Under the pieces are notes generated by a model that was not told the origin of the DNA, ran no database searches, and worked only from the letters and a program-made list of their open reading frames with translations. From NCBI GenBank assembly GCA_964016885.1, contig OZ024758.1:33666001-33730000 (forward strand): a DNA stretch of 64,000 nt, given 5' to 3'. The DNA is from Eledone cirrhosa. Lineage: Eukaryota. The number at the start of each line of letters is the position of its first letter. Positions within the stretch are counted from its first letter, which is position 1. Shown here in pieces: positions 12,701 to 27,795 of the stretch. The position numbers were made by a program, and so were the translations under genes.

Positions 12701-15700
12701 AGTCATGGTACTAGCTGTCAGAAGTAACTCCACTGTTGGTGAGAATTCATTTAAGTTCATGGTATTAGCTGTCAGAAGGAACGCCACTGTTGGTGAGAAT
12801 TCATTTAAGTTCATGGTATTAGCTGTCAGAAGTAACTCCACTGTTGGTGAGAATTCATTTAAGTTCATGGTACTAGCTGTCAGAAGTAACTCCAATGTTG
12901 GTGAGAATTCATTTAAGTTCATGGTATTAGCTGTCAGAAGGAACTCCACTGTTGGTGAGAATTCATTTAAGTTCATGGTATTAGCTGTCAGAAGTAACTC
13001 CACTGTTGGTGAGAATTCATTTATGTTCATGGTACTAGTTGTCAGAAGTAACTCCACTGTTGGTGAGAATATATTTAAGTTCATGGTATTAGTTGTCAGA
13101 AGTAACTCCAATGTTGGTGAGAATTCATTTAAGTTCATGGTACTAGCTGTCAGAAGTAACTCCACTGTTGGTGAGAATTCATTTAAGTTCATGGTATTAG
13201 CTGTCAGAAGTAACTCCACTGTTGGTGAGCATTCATTTAAGTCAGGGTATTAGCTGTCAGAAGTAACTCCATTGTTGGTGAGCATTCATTTAAGTCATGG
13301 TACTAGCTGTCAGAAGTAACTCCACTGTTGGTGAGAATTCATTTAAGTTCATGGTATTAGCTGTCAGAAGTCACTCCACTGTTGGTGAGAATTCATTTAA
13401 GTTCATGGTACTAGCTGTCAGAAATAACTCCACTGTTGGTGAGAATTCATTTAAGTTCATGGTATTAGTTTGTCAGAAGTAACTCCACTGTTGGTGAGAA
13501 TTCATTTAAGTCATGGTATTAGTTGTCAGAAGTAACTCCAATGTTGGTGAGAATTCATTTAAGTCATGGTACTAGCTGTCAGAAGTAACTCCAATGTTGG
13601 TGAGAATTCATTTAAGTTCATGGTATTAGCTGTCAGAAGGAACTCCACTGTTGGTGAGAATTCATTTAAGTTCATGGTACTAGCTGTCAGAAGTAACTCC
13701 AATGTTGGTGAGAATTCATTTAAGTTCATGGTACTAGCTGTCAGAAGTAACTCCAATGTTGGTGAGAATTCATTTAAGTTCATGGTATTAGCTGTCAGAA
13801 GGAACTCCACTGTTGGTGAGAATTCATTTAAGTTCATGGTATTAGCTGTCAGAAGTAACTCCACTGTTGGTGAGAATTCATTTAAGTTCATGGTATTAGC
13901 TGTCAGAAGTAACTCCACTGTTGGTGAGCATTCATTTAAGTCATGGTACTAGCTGTCAGAAGTAACTCCACTGTTGGTGAGAATTCATTTAAGTTCATGG
14001 TATTAGCTGTCAGAAGTCACTCCACTGTTGGTGAGAATTCATTTAAGTTCATGGTACTAGCTGTCAGAAGTAACTCCACTGTTGGTGAGAATTCATTTAA
14101 GTTCATGGTATTAGTTTGTCAGAAGTAACTCCACTGTTGGTGAGAATTCATTTAAGTCATGGTATTAGCTGTCAGAAGTAACTCCAATGTTGGTGAGAAT
14201 TCATTTAAGTTCATGGTATTAGCTGTCAGAAGTAACTCCACTGTTGGTGAGAATTCATTTAAGTTCATGGTATTAGCTGTCAGAAGTAACTCCACTGGTG
14301 GTGAGAATTCATTTAAGTTCATGGTATTAGCTGTCAGAAGGAACTCCACTGTTGGTGAGAATTCATTTAAGTTCATGGTACTAGCTGTCAGAAGTAACTC
14401 CACTGTTGGTGAGAATTCATTTAAGTTCATGGTATTAGCTGTCAGAAGTAACTCCACTGTAGGTGAGAATTCATTTAAGTTCATGGTATTAGCTGTCAGA
14501 AGGAACTCCAATGTTGGTGAGAATTCATTTAAGTCATGGTACTAGCTGTCAGAAGTAACTCCACTGTTGGTGAGAATTCATTTAAGTTCATGGTATTAGC
14601 TGTCAGAAGGAACGCCACTGTTGTTGAGAATTCATTTAAGTTCATGGTATTAGCTGTCAGAAGTAACTCCACTGTTGGTGAGAATTCATTTAAGTTCATG
14701 GTACTAGCTGTCAGAAGTAACTCCAATGTTGGTGAGAATTCATTTAAGTTCATGGTATTAGCTGTCAGAAGGAACTCCACTGTTGGTGAGAATTCATTTA
14801 AGTTCATGGTATTAGCTGTCAGAAGTAACTCCACTGTTGGTGAGAATTCATTTATGTTCATGGTACTAGTTGTCAGAAGTAACTCCACTGTTGGTGAGAA
14901 TATATTTAAGTTCATGGTATTAGTTGTCAGAAGTAACTCCAATGTTGGTGAGAATTCATTTAAGTCATGGTATTAGTTGTCAGAAGTAACTCCAATGTTG
15001 GTGAGAATTCATTTAAGTTCATGGTACTAGCTGTCAGAAGTAACTCCACTGTTGGTGAGAATTCATTTAAGTTCATGGTATTAGCTGTCAGAAGTAACTC
15101 CACTGTTGGTGAGCATTCATTTAAGTCAGGGTATTAGCTGTCAGAAGTAACTCCATTGTTGGTGAGCATTCATTTAAGTCATGGTACTAGCTGTCAGAAG
15201 TAACTCCACTGTTGGTGAGAATTCATTTAAGTTCATGGTATTAGCTGTCAGAAGTCACTCCACTGTTGGTGAGAATTCATTTAAGTTCATGGTACTAGCT
15301 GTCAGAAGTAACTCCACTGTTGGTGAGAATTCATTTAAGTTCATGGTATTAGTTTGTCAGAAGTAACTCCACTGTTGGTGAGAATTCATTTAAGTCATGG
15401 TATTAGTTGTCAGAAGTAACTCCAATGTTGGTGAGAATTCATTTAAGTCATGGTACTAGCTGTCAGAAGTAACTCCAATGTTGGTGAGAATTCATTTAAG
15501 TTCAAGGTATTAGCTGTCAGAAGGAACTCCACTGTTGGTGAGAATTCATTTAAGTTCATGGTATTAGCTGTCAGAAGTAACTCCACTGTTGGTGAGAATT
15601 CATTTAAGTTCATGGTACTAGCTGTCAGAAGTAACTCCAATGTTGGTGAGAATTCATTTAAGTTCATGGTATTAGCTGTCAGAAGTAACTCCACTGTTGG

Positions 15701-17390
15701 TGAGAATTCATTTAAGTCATGGTATTAGCTGTCAGAAGTAACTCCAATGTTGGTGAGAATTCATTTAAGTTCATGGTATTAGCTGTCAGAAGTAACTCCA
15801 CTGTTGGTGAGAATTCATTTAAGTTCATGGTATTAGCTGTCAGAAGTAACTCCACTGTTGGTGAGAATTCATTTAAGTTCATGGTACTAGCTGTCAGAAG
15901 TAACTCCACTGTTGGTGGTGAGAATTCATTTAAGTTCATGGTATTAGTTTGTCAGAAGTAACTCCACTGTTGGTGAGAATTCATTTAAGTTCATAGTATT
16001 AGCTGTCAGAAGGAACGCCACTGTTGGTGAGAATTCATTTAAGTTCATGTTATTAGCTGTCAGAAGTAACTCCACTGTTGGTGAGAATTCATTTAAGTTC
16101 ATGGTACTAGCTGTCAGAAGTAACTCCATTGTTGGTGAGCATTCATTTAAGTCATGGTACTAGCTGTCAGAAGTAACTCCACTGTTGGTGAGAATTCATT
16201 TAAGTTCATGGTATTAGCTGTCAGAAGTCACTCCACTGTTGGTGAGAATTCATTTAAGTTCATGGTACTAGCTGTCAGAAGTAACTCCACTGTTGGTGAG
16301 AATTCATTTAAGTTCATGGTATTAGCTGTCAGAAGTAACTCCACTGTAGGTGAGAATTCATTTAAGTTCATGGTATTAGCTGTCAGAAGGAACTCCAATG
16401 TTGGTGAGAATTCATTTAAGTCATGGTACTAGCTGTCAGAAGTAACTCCACTGTTGGTGAGAATTCATTTAAGTTCATGGTATTAGCTGTCAGAAGGAAC
16501 GCCACTGTTGGTGAGAATTCATTTAAGTTCATGGTATTAGCTGTCAGAAGTAACTCCACTGTTGGTGAGAATTCATTTAAGTTCATGGTACTAGCTGTCA
16601 GAAGTAACTCCAATGTTGGTGAGAATTCATTTAAGTTCATGGTATTAGCTGTCAGAAGGAACTCCACTGTTGGTGAGAATTCATTTAAGTTCATGGTATT
16701 AGCTGTCAGAAGTAACTCCACTGTTGGTGAGAATTCATTTATGTTCATGGTACTAGTTGTCAGAAGTAACTCCACTGTTGGTGAGAATATATTTAAGTTC
16801 ATGGTATTAGTTGTCAGAAGTAACTCCAATGTTGGTGAGAATTCATTTAAGTTCATGGTACTAGCTGTCAGAAGTATCTCCACTGTTGGTGAGAATTCAT
16901 TTAAGTTCATGGTATTAGCTGTCAGAAGTAACTCCACTGTTGGTGAGCATTCATTTAAGTCAGGGTATTAGCTGTCAGAAGTAACTCCATTGTTGGTGAG
17001 CATTCATTTAAGTCATGGTACTAGCTGTCAGAAGTAACTCCACTGTTGGTGAGAATTCATTTAAGTTCATGGTATTAGCTGTCAGAAGTCACTCCACTGT
17101 TGGTGAGAATTCATTTAAGTTCATGGTACTAGCTGTCAGAAGTAACTCCACTGTTGGTGAGAATTCATTTAAGTTCATGGTATTAGTTTGTCAGAAGTAA
17201 CTCCACTGTTGGTGAGAATTCATTTAAGTCATGGTATTAGTTGTCAGAAGTAACTCCAATGTTGGTGAGAATTCATTTAAGTCATGGTACTAGCTGTCAG
17301 AAGTAACTCCAATGTTGGTGAGAATTCATTTAAGTTCATGGTATTAGCTGTCAGAAGGAACTCCACTGTTGGTGAGAATTCATTTAAGTT
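10330..17390. repeat. Near-tandem duplication, offset 3718 bp (~69 monomers)
   Basis: ORF-track pairs 10434/14152, 10811/14529, 11463/15181, 11994/15712, 12698/16416 and 13297/17015 all differ by 3718, with the same order of variants. Confidence 0.9.
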
Positions 17391-20310
17391 CATGGTATTA
17401 GCTGTCAGAAGTAACTCCACTGTTGGTGAGAATTCATTTAAGTTCATGGTACTAGCTGTCAGAAGTAACTCCAATGTTGGTGAGAATTCATTTAAGTTCA
17501 TGGTATTAGCTGTCAGAAGTAACTCCACTGTTGGTGAGAATTCATTTAAGTCATGGTATTAGCTGTCAGAAGTAACTCCACTGTTGGTGAGAATTCATTT
17601 AAGTTCATGGTACTAGCTGTCAGAAGTAACTCCACTGTTGGTGGTGAGAATTCATTTAAGTTCATGGTATTAGTTTGTCAGAAGTAACTCCACTGTTGGT
17701 GAGAATTCATTTAAGTTCATAGTATTAGCTGTCAGAAGGAACGCCACTGTTGGTGAGAATTCATTTAAGTTCATGTTATTAGCTGTCAGAAGTAACTCCA
17801 CTGTTGGTGAGAATTCATTTAAGTTCATGGTACTAGCTGTCAGAAGTAACTCCATTGTTGGTGAGCATTCATTTAAGTCATGGTACTAGCTGTCAGAAGT
17901 AACTCCACTGTTGGTGAGAATTCATTTAAGTTCATGGTATTAGCTGTCAGAAGTCACTCCACTGTTGGTGAGAATTCATTTAAGTTCATGGTACTAGCTG
18001 TCAGAAGTAACTCCACTGTTGGTGAGAATTCATTTAAGTTCATGGTATTAGTTTGTCAGAAGTAACTCCACTGTTGGTGAGAATTCATTTAAGTCATGGT
18101 ATTAGTTGTCAGAAGTAACTCCAATGTTGGTGAGAATTCATTTAAGTCATGGTACTAGCTGTCAGAAGTAACTCCAATGTTGGTGAGAATTCATTTAAGT
18201 TCATGGTATTAGCTGTCAGAAGGAACTCCACTGTTGGTAAGAATTCATTTAAGTTCATGGTATTAGCTGTCAGAAGTAACTCCACTGTTGGTGAGAATTC
18301 ATTTAAGTTCATGGTACTAGCTGTCAGAAGTAACTCCAATGTTGGTGAGAATTCATTTAAGTTCATGGTATTAGCTGTCAGAAGTAACTCCACTGTTGGT
18401 GAGAATTCATTTAAGTCATGGTATTAGCTGTCAGAAGTAACTCCAATGTTGGTGAGAATTCATTTAAGTTCATGGTATTAGCTGTCAGAAGTAACTCCAC
18501 TGTTGGTGAGAATTCATTTAAGTTCATGGTATTAGCTGTCAGAAGTAACTCCACTGTTGGTGAGAATTCATTTAAGTTCATGGTACTAGCTGTCAGAAGT
18601 AACTCCACTGTTGGTGGTGAGAATTCATTTAAGTTCATGGTATTAGTTTGTCAGAAGTAACTCCAATGTTGGTGAGAATTCATTTAAGTCATGGTACTAG
18701 CTGTCAGAAGTAACTCCAATGTTGGTGAGAATTCATTTAAGTTCATGGTATTAGCTGTCAGAAGGAACTCCACTGTTGGTGAGAATTCATTTAAGTTCAT
18801 GGTATTAGCTGTCAGAAGTAACTCCACTGTTGGTGAGAATTCATTTAAGTTCATGGTACTAGCTGTCAGAAGTAACTCCATTGTTGGTGAGCATTCATTT
18901 AAGTCATGGTACTAGCTGTCAGAAGTAACTCCACTGTTGGTGAGAATTCATTTAAGTTCATGGTATTAGCTGTCAGAAGTCACTCCACTGTTGGTGAGAA
19001 TTCATTTAAGTTCATGGTACTAGCTGTCAGAAGTAACTCCACTGTTGGTGAGAATTCATTTAAGTTCATGGTATTAGCTGTCAGAAGTAACTCCACTGTA
19101 GGTGAGAATTCATTTAAGTTCATGGTATTAGCTGTCAGAAGGAACTCCAATGTTGGTGAGAATTCATTTAAGTCATGGTACTAGCTGTCAGAAGTAACTC
19201 CACTGTTGGTGAGAATTCATTTAAGTTCATGGTATTAGCTGTCAGAAGGAACGCCACTGTTGGTGAGAATTCATTTAAGTTCATGGTATTAGCTGTCAGA
19301 AGTAACTCCACTGTTGGTGAGAATTCATTTAAGTTCATGGTACTAGCTGTCAGAAGTAACTCCAATGTTGGTGAGAATTCATTTAAGTTCATGGTATTAG
19401 CTGTCAGAAGGAACTCCACTGTTGGTGAGAATTCATTTAAGTTCATGGTATTAGCTGTCAGAAGTAACTCCACTGTTGGTGAGAATTCATTTATGTTCAT
19501 GGTACTAGTTGTCAGAAGTAACTCCACTGTTGGTGAGAATATATTTAAGTTCATGGTATTAGTTGTCAGAAGTAACTCCAATGTTGGTGAGAATTTATTT
19601 AAGTTCATGGTACTAGCTGTCAGAAGTAACTCCACTGTTGGTGAGAATTCATTTAAGTTCATGGTATTAGCTGTCAGAAGTAACTCCACTGTTGGTGAGC
19701 ATTCATTTAAGTCAGGGTATTAGCTGTCAGAAGTAACTCCATTGTTGGTGAGCATTCATTTAAGTCATGGTACTAGCTGTCAGAAGTAACTCCACTGTTG
19801 GTGAGAATTCATTTAAGTTCATGGTATTAGCTGTCAGAAGTCACTCCACTGTTGGTGAGAATTCATTTAAGTTCATGGTACTAGCTGTCAGAAGTAACTC
19901 CACTGTTGGTGAGAATTCATTTAAGTTCATGGTATTAGTTTGTCAGAAGTAACTCCACTGTTGGTGAGAATTCATTTAAGTCATGGTATTAGTTGTCAGA
20001 AGTAACTCCAATGTTGGTGAGAATTCATTTAAGTCATGGTACTAGCTGTCAGAAGTAACTCCAATGTTGGTGAGAATTCATTTAAGTTCATGGTATTAGC
20101 TGTCAGAAGGAACTCCACTGTTGGTGAGAATTCATTTAAGTTCATGGTATTAGCTGTCAGAAGTAACTCCACTGTTGGTGAGAATTCATTTAAGTTCATG
20201 GTACTAGCTGTCAGAAGTAACTCCAATGTTGGTGAGAATTCATTTAAGTTCATGGTATTAGCTGTCAGAAGTAACTCCACTGTTGGTGAGAATTCATTTA
20301 AGTCATGGTA
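16090..20310. repeat. Block ~16090-17560 repeated at ~18850-20310 (offset 2752)
   Basis: ORF-track pairs 16154/18906, 16416/19168, 17015/19767 and 17277/20029. Confidence 0.85.
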
Positions 20311-23300
20311 TTAGCTGTCAGAAGTAACTCCAATGTTGGTGAGAATTCATTTAAGTTCATGGTATTAGCTGTCAGAAGTAACTCCACTGTTGGTGAGAAT
20401 TCATTTAAGTTCATGGTATTAGCTGTCAGAAGTAACTCCACTGTTGGTGAGAATTCATTTAAGTTCATGGTACTAGCTGTCAGAAGTAACTCCACTGTTG
20501 GTGGTGAGAATTCATTTAAGTTCATGGTATTAGTTTGTCAGAAGTAACTCCACTGTTGGTGAGAATTCATTTAAGTTCATAGTATTAGCTGTCAGAAGGA
20601 ACGCCACTGTTGGTGAGAATTCATTTAAGTTCATGTTATTAGCTGTCAGAAGTAACTCCACTGTTGGTGAGAATTCATTTAAGTTCATGGTACTAGCTGT
20701 CAGAAGTAACTCCATTGTTGGTGAGCATTCATTTAAGTCATGGTACTAGCTGTCAGAAGTAACTCCACTGTTGGTGAGAATTCATTTAAGTTCATGGTAC
20801 TAGCTGTCAGAAGTAACTCCACTGTTGGTGAGAATTCATTTAAGTTCATGGTATTAGTTTGTCAGAAGTAACTCCACTGTTGGTGAGAATTCATTTAAGT
20901 CATGGTATTAGTTGTCAGAAGTAACTCCAATGTTGGTGAGAATTCATTTAAGTCATGGTACTAGCTGTCAGAAGTAACTCCAATGTTGGTGAGAATTCAT
21001 TTAAGTTCATGGTATTAGCTGTCAGAAGGAACTCCACTGTTGGTGAGAATTCATTTAAGTTCATGGTATTAGCTGTCAGAAGTAACTCCACTGTTGGTGA
21101 GAATTCATTTAAGTTCATGGTACTAGCTGTCAGAAGTAACTCCAATGTTGGTGAGAATTCATTTAAGTTCATGGTATTAGCTGTCAGAAGTAACTCCACT
21201 GTTGGTGAGAATTCATTTAAGTCATGGTATTAGCTGTCAGAAGTAACTCCAATGTTGGTGAGAATTCATTTAAGTTCATGGTATTAGCTGTCAGAAGTAA
21301 CTCCACTGTTGGTGAGAATTCATTTAAGTTCATGGTATTAGCTGTCAGAAGTAACTCCACTGTTGGTGAGAATTCATTTAAGTTCATGGTACTAGCTGTC
21401 AGAAGTAACTCCACTGTTGGTGGTGAGAATTCATTTAAGTTCATGGTATTAGTTTGTCAGAAGTAACTCCACTGTTGGTGAGAATTCATTTAAGTTCATA
21501 GTATTAGCTGTCAGAAGGAACGCCACTGTTGGTGAGAATTCATTTAAGTTCATGGTATTAGCTGTCAGAAGTAACTCCACTGTTGGTGAGAATTCATTTA
21601 AGTTCATGGTACTAGCTGTCAGAAGTAACTCCAATGTTGGTGAGAATTCATTTAAGTTCATGGTATTAGCTGTCAGAAGGAACTCCACTGTTGGTGAGAA
21701 TTCATTTAAGTTCATGGTATTAGCTGTCAGAAGTAACTCCACTGTTGGTGAGAATTCATTTAAGTTCATGGTACTAGCTGTCAGAAGTAACTCCAATGTT
21801 GGTGAGAATTCATTTAAGTTCATGGTATTAGCTGTCAGAAGGAACTCCACTGTTGGTGAGAATTCATTTAAGTTCATGGTATTAGCTGTCAGAAGTAACT
21901 CCATTGTTGGTGAGAATTCATTTAAGTCATGGTACTAGCTGTCAGAAGTAACTCCACTGTTGGTGAGAATTCATTTAAGTTCATGGTATTAGTTTGTCAG
22001 AAGTAACTCCACTGTTGGTGAGAATTCATTTAAGTCATGGTATTAGTTGTCAGAAGTAACTCCAATGTTGGTGAGAATTCATTTAAGTTCATGGTACTAG
22101 CTGTCAGAAGTAACTCCATTGTTGGTGAGAATTCATTTAAGTTCATGGTACTAGCTGTCAGAAGTAACTCCACTGTTGGTGAGAATTCATTTAAGTTCAT
22201 GGTATTAGTTTGTCAGAAGTAACTCCACTGTTGGTGAGAATTCATTTAAGTCATGGTATTAGTTGTCAGAAGTAACTCCAATGTTGGTGAGAATTCATTT
22301 AAGTCATGGTACAAGCTGTCAGAAGTAACTCCAATGTTGGTGAGAATTCATTTAAGTTCATGGTATTAGCTGTCAGAAGGAACTCCACTGTTGGTGAGAA
22401 TTCATTTAAGTTCATGGTATTAGCTGTCAGAAGTAACTCAACTGTTGGTGAGAATTCATTTAAGTTCATGGTACTAGCTGTCAGAAGTAACTCCAATGTT
22501 GGTGAGAATTCATTTAAGTTCATGGTATTAGCTGTCAGAAGTAACTCCACTGTTGGTGAGAATTCATTTAAGTCATGGTATTAGCTGTCAGAAGTAACTC
22601 CAATGTTGGTGAGAATTCATTTAAGTTCATGGTATTAGCTGTCAGAAGTAACTCCACTGTTGGTGAGAATTCATTTAAGTTCATGGTATTAGCTGTCAGA
22701 AGTAACTCCACTGTTGGTGAGAATTCATTTAAGTTCATGGTATTAGCTGTCAGAAGGAACTCCACTGTTGGTGAGAATACATTTAAGTTCATGGTACTAG
22801 CTGTCAGAAGTAACTCCACTGTTGGTGAGAATTCATTTAAGTTCATGGTATTAGCTGTCAGAAGGAACTCCAATGTTGGTGAGAATTCATTTAAGTCATG
22901 GTACTAGCTGTCAGAAGTAACTCCACTGTTGGTGAGAATTCATTTAAGTTCATGGTATTAGCTGTCAGAAGGAACGCCACTGTTGGTGAGAATTCATTTA
23001 AGTTCATGGTATTAGCTGTCAGAAGTAACTCCACTGTTGGTGAGAATTCATTTAAGTTCATGGTACTAGCTGTCAGAAGTAACTCCAATGTTGGTGAGAA
23101 TTCATTTCAGTTCATGGTATTAGCTGTCAGAAGGAACTCCACTGTTGGTGAGAATTCATTTAAGTTCATGGTATTAGCTGTCAGAAGTAACTCCACTGTT
23201 GGTGAGAATTCATTTATGTTCATGGTACTAGTTGTCAGAAGTAACTCCACTGTTGGTGAGAATATATTTAAGTTCATGGTATTAGTTGTCAGAAGTAACT

Positions 23301-26300
23301 CCACTGTTGGTGAGAATTCATTTAAGTTCATGGTATTAGCTGTCAGAAGTAACTCCACTGTTGGTGAGAATTCATTTAAGTCATGGTATTAGCTGTCAGA
23401 AGTAACTCCATTGTTGGGGAGCATTCATTTAAGTCATGGTACTAGCTGTCAGAAGTAACTCCACTGTTGGTGAGAATTCATTTAAGTTCATGGTATTAGC
23501 TGTCAGAAGTCACTCCACTGTTGGTGAGAATTCATTTAAGTTCATGGTACTAGCTGTCAAAAGTAACTCCACTGTTGGTGAGAATTCATTTAAGTTCATG
23601 GTATTAGTTTGTCAGAAGTAACTCCACTGTTGGTGAGAATTCATTTAAGTCATGGTATTAGTTGTCAGAAGTAACTCCAATGTTGGTGAGAATTCATTTA
23701 AGTCATGGTACTAGCTGTCAGAAGTAACTCCAATGTTGGTGAGAATTCATTTAAGTTCATGGTATTAGCTGTCAGAAGGAACTCCACTGTTGGTGAGAAT
23801 TCATTTAAGTTCATGGTATTAGCTGTCAGAAGTAACTCCACTGTTGGTGAGAATTCATTTAAGTTCATGGTACTAGCTGTCAGAAGTAACTCCAATGTTG
23901 GTGAGAATTCATTTAAGTTCATGGTATTAGCTGTCAGAAGTAACTCCACTGTTGGTGAGAATTCATTTAAGTCATGGTATTAGCTGTCAGAAGTAACTCC
24001 AATGTTGGTGAGAATTCATTTAAGTTCATGGTATTAGCTGTCAGAAGTAACTTCACTGTTGGTGAGAATTCATTTAAGTTCATGGTATTAGCTGTCAGAA
24101 GTAACTCCACTGTTGGTGAGAATTCATTTAAGTTCATGGTACTAGCTGTCAGAAGTAACTCCACTGTTGGTGAGAATTCATTTAAGTTCATGGTATTAGT
24201 TTGTCAGAAGTAACTCCACTGTTGGTGAGAATTCATTTAAGTTCATAGTATTAGCTGTCAGAAGGAACGCCACTGTTGGTGAGAATTCATTTAAGTTCAT
24301 GGTATTAGCTGTCAGAAGTAACTCCACTGTTGGTGAGAATTCATTTAAGTTCATGGTACTAGCTGTCAGAAGTAACTCCAATGTTGGTGAGAATTCATTT
24401 AAGTTCATGGTATTAGCTGTCAGAAGGAACTCCACTGTTGGTGAGAATTCATTTAAGTTCATGGTATTAGCTGTCAGAAGTAACTCCATTGTTGGTGAGA
24501 ATTCATTTAAGTCATGGTACTAGCTGTCAGAAGTAACTCCACTGTTGGTGAGAATTCATTTAAGTTCATGGTATTAGTTTGTCAGAAGTAACTCCACTGT
24601 TGGTGAGAATTCATTTAAGTCATGGTATTAGTTGTCAGAAGTAACTCCAATGTTGGTGAGAATTCATTTAAGTTCATGGTACTAGCTGTCAGAAGTAACT
24701 CCATTGTTGGTGAGAATTCATTTAAGTTCATGGTACTAGCTGTCAGAAGTAACTCCACTGTTGGTGAGAATTCATTTAAGTTCATGGTATTAGTTTGTCA
24801 GAAGTAACTCCACTGTTGGTGAGAATTCATTTAAGCCATGGTATTAGTTGTCAGAAGTAACTCCAATGTTGGTGAGAATTCATTTAAGTCATGGTACTAG
24901 CTGTCAGAAGTAACTCCAATGTTGGTGAGAATTCATTTAAGTTCATGGTATTAGCTGTCAGAAGGAACTCCACTGTTGGTGAGAATTCATTTAAGTTCAT
25001 GGTATTAGCTGTCAGAAGTAACTCCAATGTTGGTGAGAATTCATTTAAGTTCATGGTATTAGCTGTCAGAAGTAACTCCACTGTTGGTGAGAATTCATTT
25101 AAGTTCATGGTACTAGCTGTCAGAAGTAACTCCACTGTTGGTGAGAATTCATTTAAGTTCATGGTATTAGCTGTCAGAAGTAACTCCACTGTTGGTGAGA
25201 ATTCATTTAAGTTCATGGTATTAGCTGTCAGAAGTAACTCCACTGTTGGTGAGAATTCATTTAAGTTCATGGTACTAGCTGTCAGAAGTAACTCCACTGT
25301 TGGTGAGAATTCATTTAAGTTCATGGTATTAGCTTGTCAGAAGTAACTCCACTGTTGGTGAGAATTCATTTAAGTCATGGTATTAGTTGTCAGAAGTAAC
25401 TCCAATGTTGGTGAGAATTCATTTAAGTTCATGGTACTAGCTGTCAGAAGTAACTCCACTGTTGGTGAGAATTCATTTAAGTTCATGGTATTAGCTGTCA
25501 GAAGTAACTCCACTGTTGGTGAGAATTCATTTAAGTCATGGTATTATCTGTCAGAAGTAACTCCATTGTTGGTGAGAATTCATTTAAGTCATGGTACTAG
25601 CTGTCAGAAGTAACTCCACTGTTGGTGAGAATTCATTTAAGTTCATGGTACTAGCTGTCAGAAGTAACTCCACTGTTGGTGAGAATTCATTTAAGTTCAT
25701 GGTACTAGCTGTCAGAAGTAACTCCACTGTTGGTGAGAATTCATTTAAGTTCATGGTACTAGCTGTCAGAAGTAACTCCACTGTTGGTGAGAATTCATTT
25801 AAGTTCATGGTATTAGCTGTCAGAAGTCACTCCAATGTTGGTGAGTTCATTTAAGTTCATGGTATTAGCTGTCAGAAGTCACTCCACTGTTGGTGAGAAT
25901 TCATTTTAGTTCATGGTACTAGCTGTCAGAAGTAACCCCAATGTTGGTGAGAATTCATTTAAGTTCATGGTATTAGCTGTCAGAAGTCACTCCAATGTTG
26001 GTTAGAATTCATTTAAGTTCATGGTATTAGCTGTCAGAAGTAACTCCACTGTTGGTGAGAATTCATTTAAGTTCATGGTATTAGCTGTCAGAAGTAACTC
26101 CACTGTTGGTGAGAATTCATTTAAGTTCATGGTACAAGTTGTCAGAAGTAACTCCACTGTTGGTGAGAATTCATTTAAGTTCATGGTATTAGCTGTCAGA
26201 AGGAACGCCACTGTTGGTGAGAATTCATTTAAGTTCATGGTATTAGCTGTCAGAAGTAACTCCACTGTTGGTGAGAATTCATTTAAGTTCATTTTACTAG

Positions 26301-27795
26301 CTGTCAGAAGTAACTCCAATGTTGGTGAGAATTCATTTAAGTTCATGGTATTAGCTGTCAGAAGGAACTCCACTGTTGGTGAGAATTCATTTAAGTTCAT
26401 GGTATTAGCTGTCAGAAGTAACTCCACTGTTGGTGAGAATTCATTTAAGTTCATGGTACTAGTTGTCAGAAGTAACTCCACTGTTGGTGAGAATTCATTT
26501 AAGTTCATGGTATTAGTTGTCAGAAGTAACTCCACTGTTGGTGAGAATTCATTTAAGTCATGGTATTAGTTGTCAGAAGTAACTCCAATGTTGGTGAGAA
26601 TTCATTTAAGTTCATGGTACTAGCTGTCAGAAGTAACTCCACTGTTGGTGAGAATTCATTTAAGTTCATGGTATTAGCTGTCAGAAGTAACTCCACTGTT
26701 GGTGAGAATTCATTTAAGTCATGGTATTAGCTGTCAGAAGTAACTCCATTGTTGGTGAGAATTCATTTAAGTCATGGTACTAGCTGTCAGAAGTAACTCC
26801 ACTGTTGGTGAGAATTCATTTAAGTTCATGGTATTAGCTGTCAGAAGGAACTCCACTGTTGGTGAGAATTCATTTAAGTTCATGGTACTAGCTGTCAGAA
26901 GTAACTCCACTGTTGGTGAGAATTCATTTAAGTTCATGGTATTAGTTTGTCAGAAGTAACTCCACTGTTGGTGAGAATTCATTTAAGTTCATGGTATTAG
27001 CTGTCAGAAGTAACTCCACTGTTGGTGAGAATTCATTTAAGTCATGGTATTAGCTGTCAGAAGTAACTCCATTGTTGGTGAGAATTCATTTAAGTCATGG
27101 TACTAGCTGTCAGAAGTAACTCCACTGTTGGTGAGAATTCATTTAAGTTCATGGTACTAGCTGTCAGAAGTAACTCCACTGTTGGTGAGAATTCATTTAA
27201 GTTCATGGTACTAGCTGTCAGAAGTAACTCCACTGTTGGTGAGAATTCATTTAAGTTCATGGTATTAGCTGTCAGAAGTCACTCCACTGTTGGTGAGAAT
27301 TCATTTAAGTTCATGGTACTAGCTGTCAGAAGTAACCCCAATGTTGGTGAGAATTCATTTAAGTTCATGGTATTAGCTGTCAGAAGTCACTCCAATGTTG
27401 GTGAGAATTCATTTAAGTTCATGGTATTAGCTGTCAGAAGTAACTCCACTGTTGGTGAGAATTCATTTAAGTTCATGGTATTAGCTGTCAGAAGTAACTC
27501 CACTGTTGGTGAGAATTCATTTAAGTTCATGGTATTAGTTGTCAGAAGTAACTCCACTGTTGGTGAGAATTCATTTAAGTCATGGTATTAGTTGTCAGAA
27601 GTAACTCCAATGTTGGTGAGAATTCATTTAAGTTCATGGTACTAGCTGTCAGAAGTAACTCCACTGTTGGTGAGAATTAATTTAAGTTCATGGTATTAGC
27701 TGTCAGAAGTAACTCCACTGTTGGTGAGAATTCATTTAAGTCATGGTATTAGCTGTCAGAAGTAACTCCATTGTTGGTGAGAATTCATTTAAGTC

